Assembly (NCBI GenBank): GCA_037917685.1
Contig: JAVCBU010000003.1
Coordinates: 96,001 to 160,000 of the forward strand
Direction of reading: 5' to 3'
Source of the DNA: Thermoproteota archaeon
GTDB lineage: Archaea; Korarchaeota; Korarchaeia; Korarchaeales; JAOZGB01
Length of the DNA: 64,000 nucleotides
In this document: piece by piece, positions 19,933-29,014 of the stretch
Layout: each line of letters begins with the position of its first letter
Position numbering within the stretch: position 1 is the stretch's first letter
Translations under genes and position numbers: made by a program
Notes under the pieces: model-generated
Told to the model about the DNA's origin: nothing
Databases searched by the model: none
What the model saw: the letters and a program-made list of their open reading frames with translations, nothing else

Positions 19933-21657
19933 ATGAAGTTCATCCAGCTCTCACAGTATTTTAAAAAGCTTGAGGAAACTTCCTCAAGACTAGACATGAT
20001 AGCTATACTCTCCGACCTTCTAAGAAAAGCTGAACCGTCCGAGATTGACAAGGTTGTATACCTCTGTATGGCCCAGCTTAAGCCACCCTATACTGGGGTA
20101 GAACTTGGCATGGGCGAAAAACTTATTATGAGATCCATTGCTATGGCCACCGGGAAGCCTATAGGAGAGGTTTCAAAACTCTACAAGGAAATAGGCGACC
20201 TAGGATCGGTCGCCCAAAAGCTTGTAACCTGGGAGGGAGCCGGCCTGGAGGTTTCCGAGGTCTACGAGAGGCTCCTTAAGATTGCTGAAACATCGGGTGA
20301 AGGGGCGATAAAAAGGAAGGTTGAGCTTCTGGCATCTCTCATAAAAGACTGCTCCCCCCTTGAAGCAGTCTACCTTGTAAGATTCGTAGATGGTAAGCTT
20401 AGGCTAGGAGCTGGAGATGCAACGATCATGGAAGCACTATCACTTGCAAAAACTGGGGCGCGGAAGTTAAAGGCGAGGATTGAGATAAAATATAACTACT
20501 GCTCGGATCTCGGCCTAGTTGCTGGGAAATTCATGGAAAAAGGAATCTCCGGCCTCGAAGAGATTAAGATCACACCCGGCATTCCGGTCAGACCAGCCCT
20601 CGCGGAGAGGCTTCAAAGCCCTGAAGAAATAATTAAAAAGATCGGGAAATGCTCCGTGGAAGCCAAGTATGATGGTTTTAGATGTCAAGTGCATAAGGAC
20701 GGTGAAAAAGTTGAAATCTTCTCTAGAAGGCTTGAAAGAACAACCCATATGTTCCCTGAGATAGTTGAAGGAGCGAGAAAGCAGATAGCGGCTGAGCAGG
20801 CGATAATAGAGGGGGAAGCGCTAGCCTATAATGAAGATACCGGCGAGTTCTACCCATTCCAAGTCACAATCCAAAGGAAGAGAAAGTATGGGGTTGAAGA
20901 AATGGCTAAAGAATACCCGCTAAAACTCTTCTGCTTCGACCTCCTCTATCTTGACGGTGAAGACTATACTAGAAAGCCCTATATTGTAAGATTTAATAAG
21001 TTACTGGAAATACTCAAGGAGGGCGAAGTCCTTGCACCTGCTGACCGTATAATAACTGATGATCCCAAGGAACTCCACGATTACTTCATGAAGCTGATAG
21101 AGAGAGGCCTCGAGGGAATCGTTGCAAAAAGGCTTAACAGCCCCTATCAGGCGGGTGCGAGGAACTTCAACTGGATCAAGCTTAAAAGAAGCTACAGAGG
21201 AAAGCTTGCAGATACGATAGACGTTGTAATAGTTGGATACTTCAAGGGAAGAGGTAAAAGGGCTAAATTCGGAGTAGGAGCCCTCCTTGGAGCCGTATAT
21301 GATAAGGAGACGGATACGTTCAAAACAGTTGCAAAGATAGGCTCAGGACTAACGGAGGAGCAGCTTACCAAGCTAAACGAGATATTCCAGGACATCAAGG
21401 TAGACCATAAGCCTCCAAGAGTTGACAGCCTAATAGAGCCTGACGTGTGGGTTCAGCCCAAGCTTGTATTCACGGTTAAGGCAGACGAAATCACAAGAAG
21501 TCCAGTACATACTTGTGGAAAGGAAGGTGACCAGCCAGGATACGCCCTAAGATTCCCAAGAGTTGAGGGCTGGATAAGGGAGGATAAAGGCCCAGAAGAC
21601 GCAACTACGGTGAAAGAAATTATAGAGATGTACGAACAACAGTTCGTGCATAGGTGA
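19933..21657 (+). CDS. lig: ATP-dependent DNA ligase
   Basis: EAKYDGFR, EGE, FDLL, EGIVAK, WIKLK and LRFPR motifs; own TTTATAA box at about 19893. Confidence 0.97.
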   Translation: MKFIQLSQYFKKLEETSSRLDMIAILSDLLRKAEPSEIDKVVYLCMAQLKPPYTGVELGMGEKLIMRSIAMATGKPIGEVSKLYKEIGDLGSVAQKLVTWEGAGLEVSEVYERLLKIAETSGEGAIKRKVELLASLIKDCSPLEAVYLVRFVDGKLRLGAGDATIMEALSLAKTGARKLKARIEIKYNYCSDLGLVAGKFMEKGISGLEEIKITPGIPVRPALAERLQSPEEIIKKIGKCSVEAKYDGFRCQVHKDGEKVEIFSRRLERTTHMFPEIVEGARKQIAAEQAIIEGEALAYNEDTGEFYPFQVTIQRKRKYGVEEMAKEYPLKLFCFDLLYLDGEDYTRKPYIVRFNKLLEILKEGEVLAPADRIITDDPKELHDYFMKLIERGLEGIVAKRLNSPYQAGARNFNWIKLKRSYRGKLADTIDVVIVGYFKGRGKRAKFGVGALLGAVYDKETDTFKTVAKIGSGLTEEQLTKLNEIFQDIKVDHKPPRVDSLIEPDVWVQPKLVFTVKADEITRSPVHTCGKEGDQPGYALRFPRVEGWIREDKGPEDATTVKEIIEMYEQQFVHR

Positions 21658-21661
21658 AACT

Positions 21662-22471
21662 TTGAATAAGAAATGGAAATACTCACTTCTAGCCTTTCTA
21701 TCCGTAGCCCTGGCATTTGCTGCAAGAACCTTTGACATATTTTATCTAAACTCTCCGAGGTATCCCGGCCACATAATCCTCTCTAAACTTGCAGGAACCA
21801 TAATCCTAGTTTTCTTCATAGGATTTACAGAAGTGTCATGGCGAGAAACTGGGTTCTCACGTGAAAAACTATACTGGAACACTATGGTAGGTGTACTCCT
21901 TTCAATAATATACCTTGCCCTGTTCAACCTTTTTAGCGATGCACTCTCAGCGTTTCTTAAGGGGGGAAGTTTCACGCTAACCTTTAAGTGCAACTTTGAC
22001 CCTTCAAGGAGAGACGATTGGCTTATGTTCTCCATGTTAATCCTGAACATGCCCTGTGAGGAAGGCCTATTCAGAGGCGTCCTCCAGAGCCGGCTGGCCC
22101 AGGTCATAGGCTGGACGAGGGCAAACCTCGTCCAGGCGCTTCTTTTTGGGCTGTGGCATCTGGTATGGCCCAAATACTACACAAAAACAATCTTCAACCT
22201 TTATGCTGCTAGATATGTGGCCTACACATTCGTCTTCGGCCTTCTCATGGGATACATCTTCCAATATACCCGTCTCCTCATTATCCCAATACTGATCCAC
22301 TTTATAGGTGGTGATAACGCTTTTGAAATAAACTTGATCAACATAGTTGATAGCGGACGGGGTAGCTGGATAATAGACGTTTCTATCTTGATTGCCATGT
22401 GGGCTGTATACTTTACGTTAACAATTTACGTGGTCAAAAAGATGAGGGAGAAGATCTCAATAGCATTCTAA
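21662..22471 (+). CDS. CPBP (CAAX/Abi) family intramembrane glutamic endopeptidase
   Basis: EEGLFRG, FGLWH and IHF motifs. Confidence 0.9.
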   Translation: MNKKWKYSLLAFLSVALAFAARTFDIFYLNSPRYPGHIILSKLAGTIILVFFIGFTEVSWRETGFSREKLYWNTMVGVLLSIIYLALFNLFSDALSAFLKGGSFTLTFKCNFDPSRRDDWLMFSMLILNMPCEEGLFRGVLQSRLAQVIGWTRANLVQALLFGLWHLVWPKYYTKTIFNLYAARYVAYTFVFGLLMGYIFQYTRLLIIPILIHFIGGDNAFEINLINIVDSGRGSWIIDVSILIAMWAVYFTLTIYVVKKMREKISIAF

Positions 22472-22484
22472 CCTATGCCATCCG

Positions 22485-23339
22485 TTAAACCTCTATTGTT
22501 ATAACCACGTATAGCTGAGTGGTGAAGGCCTCAAAACCCATTTCCGACAGTTGTTTCGCCACGTTTTCTGCGAATCCCTTATCACCGGGAGCTCTAGGGG
22601 CTAGAATAACCTTCTCGGGGTTATTCAACCAGTTTAGCGCTTGAACTAGCACTTCTGTGTGGGTAGGCGTAAATACGGCTACGTCGCAACTACCAGCTTT
22701 AGAGATGAACTCCTCGACATCAGTTGACTCCCCGTAGAATAGTGAAACTTTCCCCACTTTTATGAGGTAAGCCGCCGTCGACTGAGCAGCTGGATTTATA
22801 AAGGATTCCACTTGTGCTAAGCCAAACCTATAGGTCTTGTTATCCTCAACAGTGACTACAAGTTCCTTAAGGCTATCAGGCAAAGTGAGAGATACAGCTT
22901 CTGTCGTCAGTATTGGGCAACTGTATTTCTTAGCAATCTGTATAAGCAAGTCTGAATCGTAATTATCAGAGCCTGTAATGACTATTACATCTAACCATGG
23001 GATTAATTCAGCTTCATCACCAGAGAAAAGGTTTGGATCCACCAGCATACTAAAACCGCAAACCTCATACAGGAAACTATCCCTTGACAGTTGTACAATA
23101 ATTATTTTGTTCTCAGCCCCGGTTGTAGAAGTGAACTCATCAATGGCATTTTTAAATTCTATCCTAACCTCCACCCTGAAGAACTTGAAGTATATAAATG
23201 CGGCTCCAGTCAGCATAGCTGACAAAGCTATAACAATGTAGATGAGTGATATCACTAACCGGCGTTTCCCACGTGCTGAAGCCATCAGTTCAGCTTTAGA
23301 ACCATAAGGAATTTTAAAGTTGACGCCCCTGAATAGCAT
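22485..23339 (-). CDS. Membrane-anchored metallo-beta-lactamase-fold-like protein lacking metal ligands (start probably 23286)
   Basis: N-terminal TM; MLVDP, DVIVITGSDNYD, AYLIK..SLFYGEST and DVAVF follow the MBL topology but without HxHxDH. Confidence 0.55.
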   Translation of the reverse strand: MLFRGVNFKIPYGSKAELMASARGKRRLVISLIYIVIALSAMLTGAAFIYFKFFRVEVRIEFKNAIDEFTSTTGAENKIIIVQLSRDSFLYEVCGFSMLVDPNLFSGDEAELIPWLDVIVITGSDNYDSDLLIQIAKKYSCPILTTEAVSLTLPDSLKELVVTVEDNKTYRFGLAQVESFINPAAQSTAAYLIKVGKVSLFYGESTDVEEFISKAGSCDVAVFTPTHTEVLVQALNWLNNPEKVILAPRAPGDKGFAENVAKQLSEMGFEAFTTQLYVVITIEV

Positions 23340-24419
23340 GTGACATGTACACTAGGAATAGTCAAGGGGGGCAGATACGCTGAAGTAGCCACCACACCCT
23401 ACAGTCTTAAAGACGTCTGGACAGGCAGGATAAAAATATTCTACGAGCTCGCGCAGAAGCTTGAAAGTATAGTGTATATTCAGCCGCAGCCGGCCAGGCG
23501 TGAAGACCTCCTCTATGCTCACACGGAGGACTACATAGAGTACGTGGCTAAAGAGAGCATGAAAGGCCGGGGCTACCTGGACTATGGGGATACTCCATCG
23601 TATAAGGGGGTTTACGAGGATGTCCTACTTCTTGTAGGGGGAACCCTCAAGGCACTCGAATACGTCTATGAGGGGAAGGTTGACCATGCGTTCGCACCAA
23701 ACGGGGGTTTCCACCACGCTGAAGCCTCATCTGCAGGTGGGTTCTGTGTGTTCAACGATGTTGCCATCGCCGCCAGAAAAGCAGTTAGAGACTACGGGTT
23801 TAGGAGGGTTGCCATTATAGACATCGATGGCCACCACGGTAACGGAACTCAGTGGATACTTTACAAGGATCCAATACTAAAGTTCTCATTCCACAGATAC
23901 GGAGGATACTTCTACCCTGGGACAGGATGGATAGACGAGAGAGGCGAAGGAGAGGGAGAAGGCTACAACTACAATATACCCTTACCAGCAGGCTCCGGGG
24001 ACGATGCATTCCTCTACGCTTTCAAAAACATAGTTGTGCCAATACTGGAGGGCTACAGGCCTGAAGCGATTATATCCCAGCTTGGCGCTGACGGCCACCG
24101 TGGAGATCCCCTTGTAGGGCTAAATCTCACAATTAAGACATACGCAAACGTTGGTTCACACCTTCATAGAATAGCCCACAAATATAATTCAATACTAATA
24201 GGTACCGGAGGAGGCGGATACCAATATAGCGAGGTAGCAAAGGCCTGGCTAACAATAGCAAAGTCATGGATTTACTGCTGGGAAGACTTCTGGAACATAA
24301 TGGGAGAAATTAAGGGGACAGTTTCGGACCCGTCCACCCTACACATGATCAAAGATGTTGTCGAAAAACACAGGAAGGTTGCATCACAGAAGTTAAACAT
24401 AGAATTCCCCGAGGCATGA
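23340..24419 (+). CDS. Histone deacetylase / AcuC family Zn-dependent deacylase
   Basis: GGFHHA, GFCVFND, DIDGHHGNGTQ, YPGTG, GADGH and GGGGY motifs. Confidence 0.95.
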   Translation: MTCTLGIVKGGRYAEVATTPYSLKDVWTGRIKIFYELAQKLESIVYIQPQPARREDLLYAHTEDYIEYVAKESMKGRGYLDYGDTPSYKGVYEDVLLLVGGTLKALEYVYEGKVDHAFAPNGGFHHAEASSAGGFCVFNDVAIAARKAVRDYGFRRVAIIDIDGHHGNGTQWILYKDPILKFSFHRYGGYFYPGTGWIDERGEGEGEGYNYNIPLPAGSGDDAFLYAFKNIVVPILEGYRPEAIISQLGADGHRGDPLVGLNLTIKTYANVGSHLHRIAHKYNSILIGTGGGGYQYSEVAKAWLTIAKSWIYCWEDFWNIMGEIKGTVSDPSTLHMIKDVVEKHRKVASQKLNIEFPEA

Positions 24420-24470
24420 GCTTTTAAAGAGCAGTGTGCTTTTAAATGAACTGTGTGATTTCGCTCATAA

Positions 24471-25394
24471 ATGAGTATCATAATTCATGGAGGTCTCAAA
24501 ATATCTAAGAGGAGAATATCAAAAAGAGCTGTTGAGGAACTTGAAAATGCACTCGGAGTAGGCGTGGAAAACCTTAGTTCAGGTTCAGCCATAGACGCTG
24601 TAGTTGAAGCTGTAGCCTACATGGAAGATTCCCCATTTTTCAATGCGGGTGTAGGCTCCTCACTAAACCTCGAAGGCCAAGCTGAGCTCGACGCGTCTGT
24701 CATGGACGGGACAACCCTTAGGTATGGTGGTGTAGGGTTTGTTAAAAACGTTAAAAATCCTATCCGCCTAGCAAGGATTATCATGGAGAAAACAGAGCAT
24801 TCCCTAATTGTAGGTGAAGGAGCGGAGAAGCTTGCAGCCAAATACGGTCTCAAGCAGAGTTTCGAAACACCCAGCCATGTGGAACAGGCATACGAGTCCC
24901 TGTTAAGAGAGCTGAAGTCTGGAGGGGGATGCGAATACCACAGATGGCTCAGGAAATTCCTCGAACACGGCACAGTAGGCGCAGTAGCCCTGGACAGAGA
25001 TGGGAACATAGCGGTTGCAACGTCGACGGGAGGACTATGGCTGAAGCTCCCAGGCCGGGTTGGAGACACGCCAACCCCCGGCTGCGGGACATACGCGGAC
25101 AGCAGGTCCGGAGGATGCTCAGGCTCAGGAATAGGCGAGGCAGGAATGAGACTATGCACAGCAAAAAGGGTTGTAGACCTTCTAAGCCAGGGATACAGCA
25201 CATGGCAGGCATGCAGGATAGCAATAGAAGAGGTAGAGTTAAGACTAGGCCTAAAGTTCGGCGTAATAGCCCTAGACAGAAAGGGAAACCCAGGATATTA
25301 CCACAACGGATATGCCTTCTACATAGCATTCCACAAGGAAGGCGGAAAATTTGCAGGAGCCGTAGACAGAAATGGAAAACCAATTTACAAATAG
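24471..25394 (+). CDS. Isoaspartyl peptidase / L-asparaginase (Ntn hydrolase)
   Basis: IIHGG, FNAGVGS, HGTVGAVA, TSTGG and GRVGDTP motifs. Confidence 0.95.
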   Translation: MSIIIHGGLKISKRRISKRAVEELENALGVGVENLSSGSAIDAVVEAVAYMEDSPFFNAGVGSSLNLEGQAELDASVMDGTTLRYGGVGFVKNVKNPIRLARIIMEKTEHSLIVGEGAEKLAAKYGLKQSFETPSHVEQAYESLLRELKSGGGCEYHRWLRKFLEHGTVGAVALDRDGNIAVATSTGGLWLKLPGRVGDTPTPGCGTYADSRSGGCSGSGIGEAGMRLCTAKRVVDLLSQGYSTWQACRIAIEEVELRLGLKFGVIALDRKGNPGYYHNGYAFYIAFHKEGGKFAGAVDRNGKPIYK

Positions 25395-25405
25395 CTATAC
25401 AACTA

Positions 25406-25488
25406 TAGCTATAGCTATTCAAACCCAATATTAATAGCTATAGCTATTCAAACCCAATATTAATACAGCTATACAAACCCAATATTAA
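25406..25488. repeat. Tandem repeat of a 29-bp unit TAGCTATAGCTATTCAAACCCAATATTAA, two perfect copies and one degenerate copy
   Basis: Copies at 25406-25434 and 25435-25463; variant at 25464-25488. Confidence 0.9.
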
Positions 25489-25769
25489 GAAAAGGCCGTG
25501 AACCGGGGAGGTTAGGCTTAGTTTGGGTTAAAGAGAACATGTTATATGGGCTGCTGAGACATAACGATGTCTATAATGTTGTCAATTCACAAGCGAAGTT
25601 TCAGCCCAGGAATTTCAATGAAACTTTAAAGTATCCTTCTTATCGCGTGCGAAAATACCCTAGTAGGGAGTGGAATTAGTGAAAGAAGATGTAGGGAAAG
25701 CCGAAGAAATCAGAAATAAAATCTATCAGAGTTGCATGCACCCAAGCGTCTGAAGGCGCCCCATCGTTC

Positions 25770-26066
25770 TTAGTGGCAAAGGCCACGTCTATCGGTCTGT
25801 ACGCCCCGGCGCGCGATGAAATCTAAAATCTCTCTACTTTTAGCAGGATTTAAAGAAATGGTTTCCCCTCTTTTATGGGGTAAGATGTAGCCTCTATTTA
25901 CCATCTCCTTTATGCATTTTCTAACCCTTTTACCGTTTCTCCCAATCTTTCTGCCGAGAAAGTTTACTAAGGTATCTGCAGGGAAATAGTGGGCACCCCA
26001 CCTTCCCTTCTTCAATAAGAATTCTACGATGGAAACTTTAACCTGCTCGTCTGTGAGTTGAGACAT
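25770..26066 (-). CDS. Small basic winged-helix-like protein
   Basis: 98 aa, GRWGAHY..IKEMVNRGYIL..ISLNP; divergent from an HTH gene. Confidence 0.65.
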   Translation of the reverse strand: MSQLTDEQVKVSIVEFLLKKGRWGAHYFPADTLVNFLGRKIGRNGKRVRKCIKEMVNRGYILPHKRGETISLNPAKSREILDFIARRGVQTDRRGLCH

Positions 26067-26123
26067 AGTACAGTTATAGAACTTTAAAGGTAAATATTTA
26101 AATATTTATGCTTAGAATATTTA

Positions 26124-26492
26124 TTGATCGTTGTGGCCAGGGAAGTTAGGTACAAGGACATGGGAGACTCAATTCTGATTAAGGCTTTTGGTTACTCGCC
26201 TAAGCTGAGAATACTCGACATATTCTTAACAAACCCCTACCTCGACTTCAGTAAGGAAGAATTAGTCAGAGAGCTCGGTATGAGCAAGCAAACCCTATAC
26301 AAGAACTTCAAGGATTTAGTAGAGCTTGGAGTGATTAAAGTTTCGAGGAAAATAGGGAGAGCAACAATGTACAGGATAAACAGGGAACACCCATTGGTGA
26401 AAAGATTGGACGAGATGATAAACGAGATATCCCTACAAATAGCTGAGGAAGAAGCAAAGAAGCAAGCTAAACAAATCCCTGTTAGTAAGTGA
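26124..26492 (+). CDS. ArsR-like winged-HTH protein
   Basis: PKLRILD..SKEELVRELGMSKQTLY..SRKIGRATMY pattern. Confidence 0.8.
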   Translation: MIVVAREVRYKDMGDSILIKAFGYSPKLRILDIFLTNPYLDFSKEELVRELGMSKQTLYKNFKDLVELGVIKVSRKIGRATMYRINREHPLVKRLDEMINEISLQIAEEEAKKQAKQIPVSK

Positions 26493-26632
26493 TGGTGCGA
26501 AAGCAGATATTTAAGAAACCCGGTGTCTTGTTCTGTTTAAGCGCATTTTGGCTCTCTGGCTCAGGGTTCCTCAAACCAAACAAGACCAGAAATCCTGTAG
26601 GGATCGCAGATAAAGGAAGCAAGAACGGGTAG

Positions 26633-27049
26633 TTACTTGTAGACGAGCTAACTGTGGGTGTGGATCCGATCTCAGCGGTTGAGATAAGAAAACAGATAAA
26701 ACGGCTGAGTAGGGAGAAGGGTGTGACGACCCTTATAACCAGCCACTATATGCGTGAGATTGAAATGCTTTGCGACAGGATCGCAGTCATGAACAGGGGG
26801 CGTATAGTAGCATGCGGGTCGCTCGAGGATCTTAGGAAGGCTGTCTCACCAGGCAAGGTCGCCTCTATAGAGGTTTTCAACATGTCGGAGAGGGCTCTTC
26901 TCAAAATAAAATCTTTGGAAGGCGTGGAAGGGGTAACCCCAACAGGCGGGTGTAGCCATGTAGCCAGGTCCACCTTACGTGTCGAACTGTCCGGCGGTGA
27001 GGAGGTCCTAGCAGGGGTATTGCGATCTCTCCGGGATGAGATGGTTTAA
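26633..27049 (+). pseudogene. ABC transporter ATP-binding subunit fragment (C-terminal half only)
   Basis: Begins at Walker B LLVDELTVGVDP and has the H-loop TSHYMREIE; no Walker A or signature motif. Confidence 0.8.
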
Positions 27050-27108
27050 TGCGATAAACGTGAGTAATATGCTTCACCGTCATCAACTTAAACTCCTAAA
27101 GCGCATCA

Positions 27109-28023
27109 TCATTTTAGGAGCTCTATTTTCGATGTTCGAGATTGCGGGTTTAATGTGATCTTGAAGTTATAGGTGAACATGAGTCTTCTACCCGTGTAAC
27201 CCCTGCGCTTAGGGTTGGCGAGAAGTAGGGGGCTCTGCCTCCACCTTCTTACAAACCGAACCCGTAGCAATCTACACTTGAATCTTCCACCGGCGTCTTC
27301 CACGCCGATCTTAACTTCCCTAAGGAAGTACAGGTATGTTCTTCCAAGGTGTACTCCCCGATGGGTTTCATAGACTTTAGGAGGGGGCACAATCCCCTCC
27401 CCTAGCTCCTCACTAAAAATGGTATAGTAGGGGTTTCCCGTGTCGAAGTCTGCGGCTACCTTTCTCCCCTCACGTAAAACCCTCCCCTCCTCCCACTCTC
27501 TACCTCCGAGAAACAGCTCCACTGTAGGGTAATAGTCCCCGTTAACCTTGATCCATGACACCTCTTCCACCATATCCTCTCTGCTGAACACGTAGCACGG
27601 TTTACCCATCTCCATCATTAGGTTGTTAACTACTTCTCCCGGGATCCCATCGACGTCGCTCGACCTGTAAATAACATTCCCATCGCAAACTACGACATGG
27701 TGAACATTCTCCTTCTCGAAGATCTTCTCAACCTTCTCTCTACACATCCAATACGCTTTCTCTAGTAGAGACGCGTATTCGTCGAGAGAAAGCCTTTTAA
27801 AGTCCTCTAGAGGAATGTTAAATGGGTCTTCAAACTTCTCTGCCAGAACCCAAACATTCCTACCCCTATTAGAAACCTTTCCCGCCTTCTTCAGAATCCA
27901 TAGGTAGTGGCTAACAACCTCCCTCTTCCTCTTAAGCCTCCTAGCAATCTGGCTGGCCGTAGCTCCCATGCTCCCAACGTTCCTTAACACCTCAAGTATG
28001 TCCTCATCCAACCCTATATACAC
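27109..28023 (-). CDS. HTH + DUF5678-like + retropepsin-like (clan AA) aspartic protease fusion
   Basis: N-terminal wHTH (TASQIARRL..HYLWILKKAGKV), middle VVVCDGNVI segment, C-terminal DFDTG and TGR motifs. Confidence 0.65.
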   Translation of the reverse strand: MYIGLDEDILEVLRNVGSMGATASQIARRLKRKREVVSHYLWILKKAGKVSNRGRNVWVLAEKFEDPFNIPLEDFKRLSLDEYASLLEKAYWMCREKVEKIFEKENVHHVVVCDGNVIYRSSDVDGIPGEVVNNLMMEMGKPCYVFSREDMVEEVSWIKVNGDYYPTVELFLGGREWEEGRVLREGRKVAADFDTGNPYYTIFSEELGEGIVPPPKVYETHRGVHLGRTYLYFLREVKIGVEDAGGRFKCRLLRVRFVRRWRQSPLLLANPKRRGYTGRRLMFTYNFKITLNPQSRTSKIELLK

Positions 28024-28181
28024 TCACCATATATTTCACAGTATAATATTCTATTTAAATATTTTAAGATATTAATTATGATGGGCTCAAGCTTTCTAAG
28101 GAGGGCTTAAAAAGCCCATCTAAGCATTAATGAGCTTAGATGTTAAGCAAAGGCTTCATAAAGGTAAAATGTGTTTCCAAT

Positions 28182-28936
28182 CGACACCCCCGCTTCAGCT
28201 GGGAGATTCTTGCTTCAGGGTATTCATCGGTTGAGTGTTCACTGCCCTTTTAGACTTCCACCCCATTCCATTCCACCTTAGAAGCAAGGGCTGTGCCACC
28301 CGTTATCCCTATCCTCCACGAGGGACTCGGGATTATAATTCTACAACGCTTGGCTATGTCAACACGCCTACTATGTCGCGTGCTCCTATCCTACAGTTAG
28401 GGCAGTAGGATAAGCCTCTATATCTTCTAACGCCCGTTACCCCGCATAGTGGGCATAGCGTTGAAGTCTTGTATTTGTTAACTTCTTCAACCTCTATTCC
28501 ACACTCCTCAACCTTATCTTTGAACCTCTGGACATTGTAGCTGAAGCTCCAAAAATTGTGTATCATCGAATTGGATTTCCTACCCTTATGTTGTTTTCTC
28601 TGATGCCTTTGAGCCTTTTTAAACATCTTTGAAACACATAGCTTGTATCGTCTTCAACTACCTGTCTTATCATGCGTTCACTGCATGCCTGAACCTTCCC
28701 CCTAATCCTGCATAGCCTTCTAGGCCTTCTTGATGGTTTAGCATTGTTTGTTCTTGCCAGTCTGCCCTTTAGCAATCTTCTTCGTCTAATACCATCAATT
28801 GGATAGAGTCGCCCTTCCAGAGTAGGCTTGGCTGTTCTAGTCCCTCAAACCATATTGTTGCAAGGTCGTCGCACCTGAGTCGATGTGGAGGGCTTGTCGC
28901 CTCCACGCTTGGGAGTCCCTCGACTTTAACCGTCAT
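28182..28936 (-). mobile_element. tnpB: Degenerate IS200/IS605-family tnpB relic including its right end
   Basis: Frameshifted fragments: RuvC-I-like HIDSG, HNFWSF..GIEVEEV..TSTLCPLCG..CPNC..RDIVG, PLLLRWNG tail; terminal hairpin GAATCTCCCAGCTGAAGCGGGGGTGTC. Confidence 0.85.
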
Positions 28937-29014
28937 AAAGCTTATACCCTGTTTTGTTGGGTAGAACAGTATCGATAGGGAACTTTAAGAGTTATATAAT
29001 GGTTATTTGGAGGT

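Noticed and set aside
17584-21657. polB + ligase as part of a casposon or provirus
   Set aside because: No Cas1, integrase, capsid genes or terminal repeats; the polymerase lacks protein-primed features and the ligase looks cellular
24617-25428. Long alternative ORFs (194, 159 and 159 aa) over the asparaginase gene, and similar shadow ORFs across the window
   Set aside because: They lie on top of well-supported genes and have biased composition with no motifs
25406-25488. 29-bp repeats as a mini CRISPR array
   Set aside because: The units are contiguous with no unique spacers, and no cas genes are in the window
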